Below are positions 30,669 through 41,513 of a stretch of DNA of 64,000 nt, piece by piece. The notes below the pieces were generated by a model. It worked only from the letters and a program-made list of their open reading frames with translations. It was not told the DNA's origin and made no database searches. The position numbers and the translations under genes were made by a program. How positions within the stretch are numbered: the stretch's first letter is position 1; the number at the start of each line of letters is the position of its first letter. Source of the DNA: Alphaproteobacteria bacterium (GTDB lineage Bacteria > Pseudomonadota > Alphaproteobacteria > Bin95); contig CAXXWS020000003.1 of NCBI GenBank assembly GCA_963665325.3, forward strand, positions 1,040,051-1,104,050, in the 5' to 3' direction.

Positions 30669-31877
30669 TCAGCCCGTACGGGGCGGCCGGTCCGCCGCTG
30701 CCGCTTCCAGATCGAACGCATCGTAGCGGTAAAGCCAGTCCAATGTCCCGCCGCGCGCGCCGGCGATGGTGCGATTGCGCTCGGCGGCGGCTTCTCCGCG
30801 CACGTGGAAGACCTCGGCGTTCCGGCGGGAGTCCTGCTGGACGCGCGCGGTCCGGTCGCGGCGCAGGTCCTCGTAGCGCTTCAGGCCCGCCGGGACATCG
30901 TCCCCCGCGGCAAGGCATTCCGCCAGCACGGCGCCGTCCTCGATCGCCATGGCGGCGCCCTGGGCCATGAATGGCAGGGTCGCGTGGCAGGCATCGCCGA
31001 GCAGCGTCACCCGACCCTTGCCCCATCGCGGCATGGGCGGCCGGTCGAACAAGGCCCATTTGTAGCAGGCGTCCGGGTCCATGGCGTCGATGAGCCGCTG
31101 CACGCCCTCGTGCCAGCCGGCGAAGTCTCGCCTGAGTTCGGCATGGTCGCCGCGCTCGATCCAGGATTCGCGCTCCCAGCCTTCCTTCTCGACCACGCAG
31201 ACGCAGTTCACAGCCTCGCCCCGACGGACATAGTAGTGGACGACATGGCCGCCGGGACCCAGCCAATTGGAGGAGACCGGACGCACGAAGCCCACCGGCA
31301 GACGCGCCACCGGCACCAGGCTGCGCCATGCGACCGTGCCGGTGAAGGTCGGCGCTTCCGGGCCGAACAGGATGGACCGGACCGCCGAGTGGATGCCGTC
31401 CGCGCCGATCAGTGCTGCGCCCCGGTGGCGGACGCCGGCGGTAGTCAACAAGACCTCATCGGCGGACTGTTCCATGCCGGCGACCTCCGCATCGGTATGC
31501 AGCGAGATCAGCGGTTCGGCGGCGGCGGCCTCCGCCAGCGCGCCGACCAGGTCGGCCCGGTGGATGTGGTAGTAGGGAAAGCCGTAGCGGCGGCACAGCC
31601 CTTGGCCCAGTTCGTTCTCGAAGATGGTATCGCCGCTCGACCAGTCCCGTATATGGCCCGCGACCGGCAGGAACGCGACCGCCTCCAGGGCTTCCGCCAA
31701 ACCGAGTCGGTGCAGGACCCGCGTGCAATTCGGGCTGAGCTGGATGCCGGCGCCGATCTCGCCGAACTCCGGCGCCTGCTCGAAGACGTGAACCTCGAGG
31801 CCCTTTGCGGCCAGGCAGAGCGCCGCCGCCAGCCCACCGATGCCCCCGCCAGCGATCAGGATGTCACCGCCGGCTAT
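30669..31877 (-). CDS. FAD-dependent aromatic monooxygenase (salicylate hydroxylase / 3-hydroxybenzoate 6-hydroxylase-like)
   Basis: [34 protein letters not shown]. Best RBS-linked start is ATA at 31877. Confidence 0.88.
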   Translation of the reverse strand: MAGGDILIAGGGIGGLAAALCLAAKGLEVHVFEQAPEFGEIGAGIQLSPNCTRVLHRLGLAEALEAVAFLPVAGHIRDWSSGDTIFENELGQGLCRRYGFPYYHIHRADLVGALAEAAAAEPLISLHTDAEVAGMEQSADEVLLTTAGVRHRGAALIGADGIHSAVRSILFGPEAPTFTGTVAWRSLVPVARLPVGFVRPVSSNWLGPGGHVVHYYVRRGEAVNCVCVVEKEGWERESWIERGDHAELRRDFAGWHEGVQRLIDAMDPDACYKWALFDRPPMPRWGKGRVTLLGDACHATLPFMAQGAAMAIEDGAVLAECLAAGDDVPAGLKRYEDLRRDRTARVQQDSRRNAEVFHVRGEAAAERNRTIAGARGGTLDWLYRYDAFDLEAAAADRPPRTG

Positions 31878-33346
31878 CGTCCGCGCTCCCGTTCTTCGGC
31901 AAGTGCCGGCCGCGAGAGCGTGCGCGCCACCGCATCGGCCCAGCGCGCGCGCGCCGGCGCGGGGTCGCCCCGGGGCTCGAAACGTCGCCCAGCGGGGCGC
32001 GGGGCCTCGCGCGGATCGGAGAACACACCCGCACCCAGGCCCGCCAGCACGGCCGCGCCCCACGCCGTCGTCTCGGTGACCGCGGGGCGCTCTACCGCGA
32101 GGCCGGCAATGTCGGCGAGCCTCTGGGCGAACCAGTTATTGCCGCTCATCGCCCCATCTATCCGCAGCAGGGCGGGTTCGAGGCCGTCGGCAGCCGCCGC
32201 ATCCAGCAGGTCCGCAGTCTGGTGCGCGGCGGCTTCGAGCGCGGCACGGGCAAGCTCGGCCGGCCCCGTGTCGCGCGTCAGGCCGAAGAGCGCGCCCCGC
32301 GCCTCGGCATCCCACCAGGGCGCACCAAGGCCAACAAAGGCCGGCACCATGATGACGCCGCTTTCGCCTACGCCCTGCGCCAGCGCCTCCGTTTCCGCCG
32401 CATCGGCGATGACGCCCAGCCCGTCGCGCAGCCATTGCACCGCCGCCCCGGCGACAAACACCGCGCCTTCGAGCGCATAGGTAGTCCGTCCGTCGAGCCT
32501 GAGCGCGATGGTGGTAAGCAGGCGGTGGCGGGAGGCGGCGGGCTCCTCGCCGGTATGCGCCAGCAGGAAGCAGCCTGTGCCGTAGGTGCTCTTGATGTCG
32601 CCCGCTTCGAGGCAGCCCTGGCCCAGGGTGGCCGCCTGCTGGTCGCCCGCCATGCCGGCAATCGGCACGGGCGCGCCCAGAATGTCCGTCATGCCGAAGC
32701 CGTCGGCATTGCCGCGCACCTCAGGCAATACGGACTCGGGGACCCGGAAGAGTTCGAGCAGGTCGGGGCTCCAGGCGTTCTTCCGGATGTCGAAGAGATT
32801 GGTACGCGAGGCATTGGTGGCGTCGGTGGCGTGGACCCGGCCGCCGGTCAGCCGCCAGGCGAGGAAGCTGTCCACCGTGCCGAAAGCGAGGTCGCCGCGC
32901 TCGCGCGCGCCGGGCAGCCGGTCGAGCAGCCAAGCGAGCTTGGTCGCCGAGAAATAGGGGTCGATCAGCAGGCCGCTCAGCCCGGTGACGAACGGCTCCA
33001 GCCCCTCGGCGCGGAGGCGGTCGCATTCGGGCGCCGTGCGCCGGTCCTGCCAGACAATGGCGTTATGGAGGCAGGCGCCGGTTTCCCGGTCCCAGAGCAG
33101 CGCCGTTTCGCGCTGGTTGGCGATGCCGATGGCGGCGGGCAGGTCGCCGCCGGCTGCCTCGCGCAGCACGGCCACGCTGGCCGACCAAATTTCCTCCGGG
33201 TCGTGCTCCACCCGGCCGTCCGCCGGGTAGAACTGGCGGAGTTCGCGCTGGGCAGTCCTGACAAGCGCGCCGGCAGCATCGAACAGAATTGCACGGGTCG
33301 AGGTCGTGCCCTGGTCGAGTGCGAGGAGAAGCGGGGCGGAAGCCAT
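31874..33346 (-). CDS. glpK: Glycerol kinase
   Basis: [54 protein letters not shown]. Confidence 0.93.
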   Translation of the reverse strand: MASAPLLLALDQGTTSTRAILFDAAGALVRTAQRELRQFYPADGRVEHDPEEIWSASVAVLREAAGGDLPAAIGIANQRETALLWDRETGACLHNAIVWQDRRTAPECDRLRAEGLEPFVTGLSGLLIDPYFSATKLAWLLDRLPGARERGDLAFGTVDSFLAWRLTGGRVHATDATNASRTNLFDIRKNAWSPDLLELFRVPESVLPEVRGNADGFGMTDILGAPVPIAGMAGDQQAATLGQGCLEAGDIKSTYGTGCFLLAHTGEEPAASRHRLLTTIALRLDGRTTYALEGAVFVAGAAVQWLRDGLGVIADAAETEALAQGVGESGVIMVPAFVGLGAPWWDAEARGALFGLTRDTGPAELARAALEAAAHQTADLLDAAAADGLEPALLRIDGAMSGNNWFAQRLADIAGLAVERPAVTETTAWGAAVLAGLGAGVFSDPREAPRPAGRRFEPRGDPAPARARWADAVARTLSRPALAEERERGR

Positions 33347-33404
33347 GGCGGCTATGCTAAGGAAGCCGGACCGCGTTCCGCAACCGCAGGAAAGGCCGCA
33401 GCCC

Positions 33405-34184
33405 ATGCCGCGTTTCGCCGCCAACCTCTCGATGCTGTTCACCGAGCACGAGTTCCTCGATCGCTTCGACGCCGCCGCCAGGGTGGGCTTCGAGGCGGTC
33501 GAGTTCCTGTTCCCCTACGACTTCGCCCCGGAGGAGGTGGCGAAGGCAAAGGCGGACGCAGGCGTCGAGGTCGTGCTGTTCAACATGCCTCCGGGAGACT
33601 GGGGGGCGGGCGAGCGAGGGCTGACTTCTGTGCCGGGGCGCGAGGCGGAGTTCGCGGAGGCGCTGGAGACGGCGGCCGGCTGGGCCGACATGTTGCAGAG
33701 TCCGCGCGTCCATGTCATGGCGGGCATACCCGGTGAGGGAGCGGAGGCCGAGGCCGAGGCGGTCTATGTCGCCAACCTGAAGCGCGCCGCCGCCCGGCTG
33801 GGCGAGCGCAGCGTTTCCATCGAGCCCATTAACCGGCGCGACATCCCGGGCTTCTTCCTCAACCGCCAGGACGAGGCGCATCGCATCCGCGCCGCCGTCG
33901 GGGCGGAGAACGTCAAGGTGCAGATGGACCTCTACCACTGCCAGATCGTCGAGGGCGATGTCGCGATGCGGCTGCGCGAATGGCTGCCGGGCGGCGGCGT
34001 CGGCCATATGCAGATCGCCGGCGTGCCCGAGCGCCACGAACCTGCGGTCGGCGAGATGTACTATCCCTACCTGTTCAGGCTGATCGACGAACTGGGTTAC
34101 GAGGGCTGGATCGGCTGCGAATACCGCCCGCGAGCGGGGACGGTGGAGGGGCTCGGCTGGGCCAAGGGTTACGGCATCGGTTGA
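33405..34184 (+). CDS. hyi: Hydroxypyruvate isomerase / 2-oxo-tetronate isomerase
   Basis: [37 protein letters not shown]. Confidence 0.88.
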   Translation: MPRFAANLSMLFTEHEFLDRFDAAARVGFEAVEFLFPYDFAPEEVAKAKADAGVEVVLFNMPPGDWGAGERGLTSVPGREAEFAEALETAAGWADMLQSPRVHVMAGIPGEGAEAEAEAVYVANLKRAAARLGERSVSIEPINRRDIPGFFLNRQDEAHRIRAAVGAENVKVQMDLYHCQIVEGDVAMRLREWLPGGGVGHMQIAGVPERHEPAVGEMYYPYLFRLIDELGYEGWIGCEYRPRAGTVEGLGWAKGYGIG

Positions 34185-34218
34185 CCCGTCTCCACCGCTT
34201 TCGGGGCGGAGACGGGTT
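34184..34218. terminator. Hairpin between convergent hyi and dctM
   Basis: acccgtctcc...ggagacgggt inverted repeat. Confidence 0.55.
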
Positions 34219-34223
34219 CCGCG

Positions 34224-35606
34224 TCAGTCGAGCAGCACCCTCGGCAGCCAGAGCGCGATATCGGGCCATGCGAGCACGAAGCTGAGGCCGATGAGCTGCA
34301 GGCAGACGAACGGGATGATGCCCCGGTAAATCGACGACAGCTTCACCTCGGGTGGCGCCACACCCTTCATGTAGAACAGCGCGAAGCCGAAGGGTGGTGT
34401 CAGGAAGGAGGTCTGGAGGTTGACCGCCACCAGCAGCGCAAACCAGTAGATCTTTTCCGCGTGGATGACGTGCTCGCCGAAATCGAGCTCCTGCACGATC
34501 GGCGTGAACACCGGCAGCACGATGAGCGTGATCTCCAGGAAGTCGAAGAAGAATCCGAGGAAGAAGACCGTCGCCATCAGGACGATGAGCAGGCCCCAGT
34601 CGCCGAGGCCAAGCGAGAAGATCAGCTCCTCCACCACATCGTCGCCGCCGAGCGAGCGGAAGACATAGGAGAATGCCGTCGCGCCGATGAAGACGAAGAA
34701 GATCATCGCCACGGTCATCGAGGTGCGGTTCAGCACATCGCCCAACGCCTCGATGGTGAGGTTCCGGTTGATGAACGCAAGGAAGGTGGCACCGAAGGCG
34801 CCGACAGCCGCCGCCTCGGACGGCGTGGCCCAACCGGCGATGATCGACCCCAGAACCAGCACGATCAGGAAGACCGGCGGAATGAAGCCCCGCAGCACCA
34901 TGCCCCCCAGCTCGGCCATGCTGCCGGGGCCGCGTTCGTCCGGCAGCGGCGGCCCGAGCCGCGGCCAGATGGCCGTGAGCACCATGATGTAAATGAAGTA
35001 GAGGCCGGAGAGCAGCAGCCCCGGGAACACCGCGGCGACGAACAGATTGCCGACCGAGATCGACAGCAGGTCCGCCATGATGACCAGCATGATGCTCGGC
35101 GGAATCAGGATGCCGAGCGTGCTGGCGGCAGCGATGGTGCCGGTCGCCAGTTCCGGGTTGTAGTTGCGCTCCAGCATGATCGGCAGCGCCATCAGCGTGA
35201 TCATCACCACCGAGGCGCCGATAATGCCCGTGCTGGCCGCCATGATGGTGCCCATGACGGTGACGCCGAGCGCCAGCCCACCGGGCACCCGCCGCAGCAG
35301 GACCTGCAGGCAGTGCAGCAGGTCGTGGGCCACGCCGGAGCGTTCCAGCATGGTGCCCATGAAGACAAAGAGTGGCACCGCGACCAGCACGAGATTTTCG
35401 GCCGCCCCGCCCCAGACGCGCGGAAGGATGTTGAAGAACTCGATCGGTGCGAACACGTCCAGAGCGGTGCCGATCAGGCCGAATGCCAGCGACGCGCCGC
35501 CGAGCGCGAAAGCGACCGGGAAGCCGGTGAACAGCAGGCAGCCCAGCCCGATGAACATGTAGATCGCAATGTATTCCTGCAGGTGCCAGTAGATTTCCTG
35601 GAACAT
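34224..35606 (-). CDS. dctM: TRAP transporter large permease
   Basis: AASTGIIGASV, LIPPSIML, LQTSFLTPPFG. Confidence 0.92.
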   Translation of the reverse strand: MFQEIYWHLQEYIAIYMFIGLGCLLFTGFPVAFALGGASLAFGLIGTALDVFAPIEFFNILPRVWGGAAENLVLVAVPLFVFMGTMLERSGVAHDLLHCLQVLLRRVPGGLALGVTVMGTIMAASTGIIGASVVMITLMALPIMLERNYNPELATGTIAAASTLGILIPPSIMLVIMADLLSISVGNLFVAAVFPGLLLSGLYFIYIMVLTAIWPRLGPPLPDERGPGSMAELGGMVLRGFIPPVFLIVLVLGSIIAGWATPSEAAAVGAFGATFLAFINRNLTIEALGDVLNRTSMTVAMIFFVFIGATAFSYVFRSLGGDDVVEELIFSLGLGDWGLLIVLMATVFFLGFFFDFLEITLIVLPVFTPIVQELDFGEHVIHAEKIYWFALLVAVNLQTSFLTPPFGFALFYMKGVAPPEVKLSSIYRGIIPFVCLQLIGLSFVLAWPDIALWLPRVLLD

Positions 35607-35609
35607 GGT

Positions 35610-36242
35610 TCAGCGGCCCTCCGCCTGCTCGTCGCTCGACGCGATCACCACCCGTTCGGTGATCGGTTCCTGCACGGTAAGCAGGGGCACGTTCAGGCCG
35701 GGAGGCCCGAATAGGTAGGCGGTCTTGCGCAGCCAGACGCTGATGCCGGCGAGCAGCGCAAACACGAAACCCAGGAAGAGAATGCCCTTGATGACCCAGC
35801 GATTGCTGAGACCGACCAGGGAATAGGAAATCTCATTCTGGATGAAAGACTTGTAGGCGAAGTCCCAGGAGAACCAGATCAGCACGCAGCAATAGGGGAT
35901 CATCGCGATGGTGACGCCGATCCACTCGATCCAGGCCTGCTTGCGGATCGGCAGGCGCTCGCGGATGACGTCCACCCGCACATGGCTGTTCATCACATAG
36001 CCGTAACCGAGGGCGGAGGCGAAGAGCGCGGTGTGGAAGTGCCACTCCCATTCCTGGAGCACGGTCGATTCCAGCTGGTCGCCCAGCAGATCGATGACCC
36101 AGAGCTGGAACGTGGTGAACTTGCGTGTCACGACATCCCACATCGTCACGATGATCAACGGGATGATGGCGACTGAACCCACCCGGCCGACAAACGTCAC
36201 GATCTTGTTCAGCCGGTCGCTGATCTGCACGAGCTTTTCCAT
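35610..36242 (-). CDS. dctQ: TRAP transporter small permease
   Basis: QEWEWH, HVRVD; start MEKLVQ. Confidence 0.88.
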   Translation of the reverse strand: MEKLVQISDRLNKIVTFVGRVGSVAIIPLIIVTMWDVVTRKFTTFQLWVIDLLGDQLESTVLQEWEWHFHTALFASALGYGYVMNSHVRVDVIRERLPIRKQAWIEWIGVTIAMIPYCCVLIWFSWDFAYKSFIQNEISYSLVGLSNRWVIKGILFLGFVFALLAGISVWLRKTAYLFGPPGLNVPLLTVQEPITERVVIASSDEQAEGR

Positions 36243-36413
36243 CGGACTCGCCCGCAACCTCCCTTGAAACTCCCGAACGCCAAACGGAGTGGCTATCGGC
36301 CCGCCTGCCCGTACGGCGTCCGGCAAGCGAGAGAAACCGCCGGGACGGACTCAAGCCCATCCCGGCGGCAAGTTAGCCCCCTGCGGGGGCCGGTTCGCTA
36401 GTCGGCCCGACGG

Positions 36414-37463
36414 TCAGTCGAGATAACCGTGTTCCTTCCAGATCGCGTATTTGTCGCGGAAGGCCTGGTAGGAAGCATGGAACTGGGCGAAGTTCGGGTC
36501 GGCCGCAATCTCCTCGGCCACAACCTCGTCCCAGGCACTGGAGAGCTTCGCGAGATCGTCGTCGCTCCAGCGAACGCTCTCGACGCCCTTTTCCTTCAGC
36601 TTCAGCATCGCCTCGAACTGAAACGCCTCGGAGCGAACGAACGACCAGGTGATCGACGCATCGCACGCATGGCGAATGATCGCCTGGTGCTGGTCGGACA
36701 GTCCTTCGAACGCCGACTTCTTCATCAGCAGTTCGCCGATTGAGGACTGCTGGTGCCAGCCCGGGAAGTAGTTGAATTTGGCGATCTGGTAGAAGCCGAG
36801 GTCGAGGTCGATCGACGGCATGGAGAACTCGGTCGCGTCGATGACGCCGCGCTCGAGCGCGGGATAGATGTCTGCGCCCGCCAGAAGCTGGGTCGAGACG
36901 CCGAGCTTGGTCATCACCTTCGCGCCCAGACCGAAGAAGCGCATCTTCTTGCCCTTCAGGTCGTCGATCGAGTTCAGCCTGGAGCGGAACCAGCCGGAGG
37001 TCTCCGGGGCGATCGCCGCGCAGTGCAGTCCGAGCAGGTCGTGCTTGGCGTACAGCTCGTTGTAGAGCTCGTCACCGCCGCCATAGCCCATCCAGGCCAA
37101 CAGTTCGCCGGCGCGCGGGCCAAACGGCACTGCCGTGAAGAAGGAGAGCGCCGGGTATTTGCCAGTGTGGTAGCCAGCGGTGCCCCACATGGCGTCCACG
37201 GAGCCCGCCTCAACGGCGTCGAAGCCCTGGAGCGTCGGCACGAGCGCGCCCGGCTCATAGAATTTGATGTTCAGGTCGCCGGCGGACATGTCCTTGACGA
37301 TGTCTTCATAGCGCGCCGCAACCTCGCCGATGATCGACAGCTTCGATCCGAAGGCGCTTTGCATTTTCCAGCGCACTTTCTGCGCTTCGGCGTCGCCCGC
37401 AGCACCCAGGGCGACCGCGCCCACAAGGCCGATTGCGGCTGCTGTAAGGAATTTCTTGACCAA
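36414..37463 (-). CDS. dctP: TRAP substrate-binding protein (TakP/keto-acid type)
   Basis: WKMQSAF, AVPFGP, IYPALERGVIDATEF, PGWHQ; TTG start with GGAGG RBS. Confidence 0.9.
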   Translation of the reverse strand: MVKKFLTAAAIGLVGAVALGAAGDAEAQKVRWKMQSAFGSKLSIIGEVAARYEDIVKDMSAGDLNIKFYEPGALVPTLQGFDAVEAGSVDAMWGTAGYHTGKYPALSFFTAVPFGPRAGELLAWMGYGGGDELYNELYAKHDLLGLHCAAIAPETSGWFRSRLNSIDDLKGKKMRFFGLGAKVMTKLGVSTQLLAGADIYPALERGVIDATEFSMPSIDLDLGFYQIAKFNYFPGWHQQSSIGELLMKKSAFEGLSDQHQAIIRHACDASITWSFVRSEAFQFEAMLKLKEKGVESVRWSDDDLAKLSSAWDEVVAEEIAADPNFAQFHASYQAFRDKYAIWKEHGYLD

Positions 37464-37573
37464 CTGTGTTACCTCCCTGGTACCAGTGAACACACCCGCA
37501 CATCTCCGAACGGGTGCGGAGCGCACTCTGAATAGCAGAAAAATTTTCGGCGCGCGACTCCTCCCGCCGCCTC

Positions 37574-37695
37574 TGTCGTTAGCAGATGATGTGTCCGGTT
37601 TAGGTAGCACATGGATTGTCCGGTTTGGTTTCTCCAAGACGAGGGACCTGGACGACCCGGACGAGATGGCTACAGGAACGCAGGATGGAGAAGTT
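37574..37695 (+). mobile_element. Second truncated copy of the ISNCY/IS481-like left end
   Basis: tgtcgttagcagatgatgtgtccggtttaggtagcacatggattgtccggtttggtttctcc...ggatggagaagtt matches 17270-17391. Confidence 0.8.
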
Positions 37696-37707
37696 CATTA
37701 CCCCGGT

Positions 37708-40095
37708 TCAGATTGTGCCGAGCGCGAGCAGCACCTTCTGAGGGGTGAAGGGCATGTCGGTGAGCCGCGCCCCTAACGGCGCCAGCGCGTCGTTGAGTGC
37801 GTTCATCACCGCGGCCGGCGCGCCGCAAGTGCCCGCTTCTCCCGCACCCTTGGCCCCGAGATCGGATTCGAAGGTTGGCGAGACCGCGTGGCCGCATCGC
37901 ATGTCGGGCAATTCCGCCGCCATCGGCACGAGATAGTCGGCCATGTTGGCGTTCAGCATTTGCCCGTCGCGGTCGTACACGCACTCTTCCCAGAGTGCTG
38001 CGCCCAGCCCCTGCACGACACCGCCCCGGATCTGCTCGTCCACCAGCAACGGATTGATGACCGTGCCGCAATCCTCGATGCACCAGTGGTCGAGCAGGGT
38101 AATGAAGCCGGTCTCGACATCGACCTCGAGATATGAGGCCTGCGCACCGTTGGTGAACGCAAAGGGGTGCTTGCGCGGGACATAGTGGCGGGTCGCGACC
38201 AGCTCCGACTGGAAGCCGTCCGGCAGGGTATCAGGCCGGTAGTAGCAGATGCGCCCGATTTCATCGAGGCCGATGCGTTCCGCCCCCGTCTCCGCGTCCA
38301 CCACGACCCCGCCCCGGATGTCGAGGTTCCCCGCCTCATCCTGAAGCATGACCGCCGCAGCGCGGAGAATCTGGATCCTGAGCGCGCGGCCTGCCTGGGC
38401 CACCGCCTCACCACCGATGCCGGCTGCGCGCGAGCCCCATGTGCCGCCCCCGTAGGGCGTGTGCTCGGTGTCGCCGGTGACGATCTTGAGACGCTCGGGA
38501 GGGACGCCGACGGCCGTTGCCGCGACCTGCGAGATCACCGCCTCCATGCCCTGGCCCTGCTCGGTCGCGCCCGTCGCGACGAAGACATTGCCCCTGGCGT
38601 CGAGGCGCAAGGTCGCCCCGTCCTGGGCGGATATGCGCGCGCCGCCCACGCCATAGAACATGGCGGAGGGGTTCGTCACCTCGATGAAGCTCGCGAGGCC
38701 GATGCCGCGATAGACGCCTTGCGTGCGAAGGGTGTCGCGCTCCGCCTTCAGGGCTTCGTAGTCCATCGCCTCCAGCAGCTTCGCGAGGCTCTCCTGGTGG
38801 GAGAGGTTCTCGAACGGGAGCCCCTGCACCGACCGGCACGGATACGAATCGTCCGCACGAAGGTTCCTCCGGCGAAGCTCTGCCGGATCGAGTCCGGTCG
38901 CGCGGGCCGCCGCATCCACCAGCCCCTCGGCCACCGCGCATTTGATCGGGTGTCCGACCGCGCGGTACTGACACATCATGTTCTTGTTCTGAAAGACGAC
39001 AGTCGCCTGCGCCCGGTAGTGTTCGAACTCGTAGGGGCCGCCCATCAGGTTCACGACCTGGTTCACCTCGATGCCGCTCGTGCGCGGATACATCGAGTAA
39101 GGGCCGATGCCGCTGAGCGCGTCGATCTCGAAGCCGAGAATGGAGCCGTCATTCCTGACCGCGATCTTTCCCCGGACCCGCTGGTCGCGCGCATGGATGT
39201 CGGACAGGAAGCTCTCCAGCCGGTCCGCCACGAACTTGACCGGCCGCTTGAGCAAAAGCGAGAGCCCGACGGTCGCGATCTCGTCGGCGTAGGTGTGCAC
39301 CTTGATCCCGAACGAACCCCCGACGTCGCGCGCGATCACGCGGACCCGATGCTCGTCGAGGCGAAAATGGGTCGCCAGGATGTTCTGGATCATGTGCGGG
39401 CACTGGGTGTTGTGCCACACGGTGAGCTGCCCGTCGCCGGGATTCCAGTCGGCGAGGATCGCCCGCGGCTCGAGGCACACCCCGGTGTGCCGGGCGAAGA
39501 CATATGTCTCCTCGATGACATGGTCGGCTTCCGCATATGCCGCATCGACGTCGCCGAAGTTCGCGTTGCGCCGCCACGCGAGGTTGTCGCCGAGGCTCTC
39601 GTGGATGACGGTCGTGGCGGGCTCGAGCGCGGTCTCGGCGTCGGCCACGGCGGGCAGCACTTCCCAGTCGATCTTCACAAGCTCCGCCGCATCCTCCGCC
39701 CTGGCGCGGCTATCGGCGACCACCGCCACCACCGCCTCGCCCTGCCAGGTTGCCGTCTCCGGGGGCAACGCATATTGCGGCGCGGATTTGAGGCCCTCGA
39801 GGTGGGTCAACACCCCGACCCAGGGGTCGTGTATCTCGGCCAGCTCGCGTCCGGTCACGACAGCGATCACCCCCGGGGCCGCCTTCGCCGCTTCCGCGTC
39901 GATCGACCGGATCCGCGCATGGGCATGGGGAGAGCGGACGAACGCCGCGTGGCCCGCCCGCTTGCCGAGCTCGATGTCGTCGACGAAGGTGCCGCGACCC
40001 TCGGCGAGACGAGGCGCATTGGGGCGCGGAACCGACCGGCCGATATAGGAGTTCGGGCGGTCGAGGAGCCAGCGATCCGCGATGAGATCGGTCAT
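37708..40095 (-). CDS. Xanthine dehydrogenase-family molybdopterin large subunit (CoxL-like)
   Basis: RSPHAHA, VGGSFGIK, QYRAVG, GGTWGSR, KGAGE. Confidence 0.92.
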   Translation of the reverse strand: MTDLIADRWLLDRPNSYIGRSVPRPNAPRLAEGRGTFVDDIELGKRAGHAAFVRSPHAHARIRSIDAEAAKAAPGVIAVVTGRELAEIHDPWVGVLTHLEGLKSAPQYALPPETATWQGEAVVAVVADSRARAEDAAELVKIDWEVLPAVADAETALEPATTVIHESLGDNLAWRRNANFGDVDAAYAEADHVIEETYVFARHTGVCLEPRAILADWNPGDGQLTVWHNTQCPHMIQNILATHFRLDEHRVRVIARDVGGSFGIKVHTYADEIATVGLSLLLKRPVKFVADRLESFLSDIHARDQRVRGKIAVRNDGSILGFEIDALSGIGPYSMYPRTSGIEVNQVVNLMGGPYEFEHYRAQATVVFQNKNMMCQYRAVGHPIKCAVAEGLVDAAARATGLDPAELRRRNLRADDSYPCRSVQGLPFENLSHQESLAKLLEAMDYEALKAERDTLRTQGVYRGIGLASFIEVTNPSAMFYGVGGARISAQDGATLRLDARGNVFVATGATEQGQGMEAVISQVAATAVGVPPERLKIVTGDTEHTPYGGGTWGSRAAGIGGEAVAQAGRALRIQILRAAAVMLQDEAGNLDIRGGVVVDAETGAERIGLDEIGRICYYRPDTLPDGFQSELVATRHYVPRKHPFAFTNGAQASYLEVDVETGFITLLDHWCIEDCGTVINPLLVDEQIRGGVVQGLGAALWEECVYDRDGQMLNANMADYLVPMAAELPDMRCGHAVSPTFESDLGAKGAGEAGTCGAPAAVMNALNDALAPLGARLTDMPFTPQKVLLALGTI

Positions 40096-40574
40096 GACCT
40101 GCCTCCTTCGCGCGCGCGGGCCATCTCGAACGCATCGACGATCGCCTCGTAGCCCGTACACCGGCAGTAGTTTCCGGAGATGAACTCGCGAATCTCGCGC
40201 CGGCTGGCAGTGGGATTGCGTTCCCTGAGTTCGGCCAGGGTGAGAAGCATGCCGGGGGTGCAGTATCCGCATTGGAGTGCGTTGCGCTCGATGAACGCAT
40301 CCTGGAGGGCACGGATCTCGCCCGTGTCGCTTACCCCCTCGATCGTCCACACCTCCGCCCCATCCGCCTGCGCGGCCAACATGAGGCACCCGCGCACGAT
40401 GCGCCCGTCCACCCGCACGGTGCAGGCTCCGCACACGCCGTGCTCGCAGCCGACATGGCTGCCGGTGAGGCCGAGCTCCTCGCGCAGGAAGTCCACCAGG
40501 TTCATCCGCGCCTCGACGCGGCGGGACGCGAGTTCGCCGTTCACCCTCACACTGACTTCGACGTTGGTGTCCAT
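40092..40574 (-). CDS. Mo-hydroxylase 2x[2Fe-2S] small subunit (CoxS-like)
   Basis: GCEHGVCGACT, QCGYCTPG, CRCTGY. Confidence 0.93.
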   Translation of the reverse strand: MDTNVEVSVRVNGELASRRVEARMNLVDFLREELGLTGSHVGCEHGVCGACTVRVDGRIVRGCLMLAAQADGAEVWTIEGVSDTGEIRALQDAFIERNALQCGYCTPGMLLTLAELRERNPTASRREIREFISGNYCRCTGYEAIVDAFEMARAREGGRS

Positions 40575-40586
40575 CGATTCCCTCCC

Positions 40587-41447
40587 TCAGCCCGCCGCCG
40601 CAAGCGGGCCCAGGACCCGCTTGACGAGCACCCCCGCGAGATGCCGGCGCATCGCCGCGTCTGCATTCAGGTCCTCGAACGGGTCCAGCTCCTCCTTGAG
40701 CGCTTCGGCGATCCGGGCGCCCAACGCATCCGACCAGCTCTCCCCCTGGAGCAGCGCCGCGCTCTGCACCGCTGCGACGGGCCGCTCACCGGCGCCGAAG
40801 AACACGAGGCGGCCGCCGCCGAAGCTGCCATCTTCGATCTCGACATGGGCGGCGAGTCCGATCATCGCGTAGTCGCCCTGCCGTCGCGCGAACTCAAGGA
40901 AGCCCGATCTCCAGCTCGCGCCGATTCCGGGAATCTCGACCGAGGTCAGGATCTCGTCCGGACCGAGAGCCGTTTCGTAGAGCCCCTGGAAGAATGCGTC
41001 CGCATCCACGGTCCGGCTGCCGCCCTTGCCGGCGATCACCATTCGCGCGCCCAGGGCGACAGCACAGGCGGGGAGCTCGGCCGCCGGGTCTGCGAACGCG
41101 ATTGAGCCGCCGAAGGTGCCGCGATTGCGAACGGCGGGGTGGGCGATGTGCGGCATGGCGTTTGCGACGAGCGGCGCATGGGTTGCGACGAGTTCCGAGT
41201 TCTCCACGTCCGCGTGGCAGGTCATGGCGCCGATCCTGAGGCCGCCGCCGGTCTCCTCGATCCCCGCAAGGCCTGCCACTCGGCCGATATCGACCAGAAG
41301 CGCGGGAGCGGAGAGCCGCATGTTGAGGGTGGCCATGAGGCTCTGGCCGCCGGCGAGGACTCTGGCGTCCTCCCCGTGTTCGTGCAGCAGGTCGATGGCG
41401 TCTTCGAGGCTTTCCGGCCTGGCATAGGCGAATGGGGCAGGTTTCAT
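40587..41447 (-). CDS. Mo-hydroxylase FAD medium subunit (CoxM-like)
   Basis: MKPAPFAY, AGGQSL, RNRGTFGGS, ADPAAE. Confidence 0.92.
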   Translation of the reverse strand: MKPAPFAYARPESLEDAIDLLHEHGEDARVLAGGQSLMATLNMRLSAPALLVDIGRVAGLAGIEETGGGLRIGAMTCHADVENSELVATHAPLVANAMPHIAHPAVRNRGTFGGSIAFADPAAELPACAVALGARMVIAGKGGSRTVDADAFFQGLYETALGPDEILTSVEIPGIGASWRSGFLEFARRQGDYAMIGLAAHVEIEDGSFGGGRLVFFGAGERPVAAVQSAALLQGESWSDALGARIAEALKEELDPFEDLNADAAMRRHLAGVLVKRVLGPLAAAG

Positions 41448-41513
41448 CGGCAAGTTCCCCCATATGCAGGCCCGGCTGTCATGCGGGTCTTTCGACTGCC
41501 GGGCGGCGGCGGC

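Noticed and set aside
28905-32480. 1191-aa plus-strand ORF and other long antisense ORFs (e.g. 19553-21895, 38167-40152)
   Set aside because: Shadow frames of well-supported opposite-strand genes in high-GC DNA; no recognisable motifs.
37708-41447. Aerobic CO dehydrogenase
   Set aside because: Lacks the form I AYxCSFR loop, and no cox accessory genes are adjacent.
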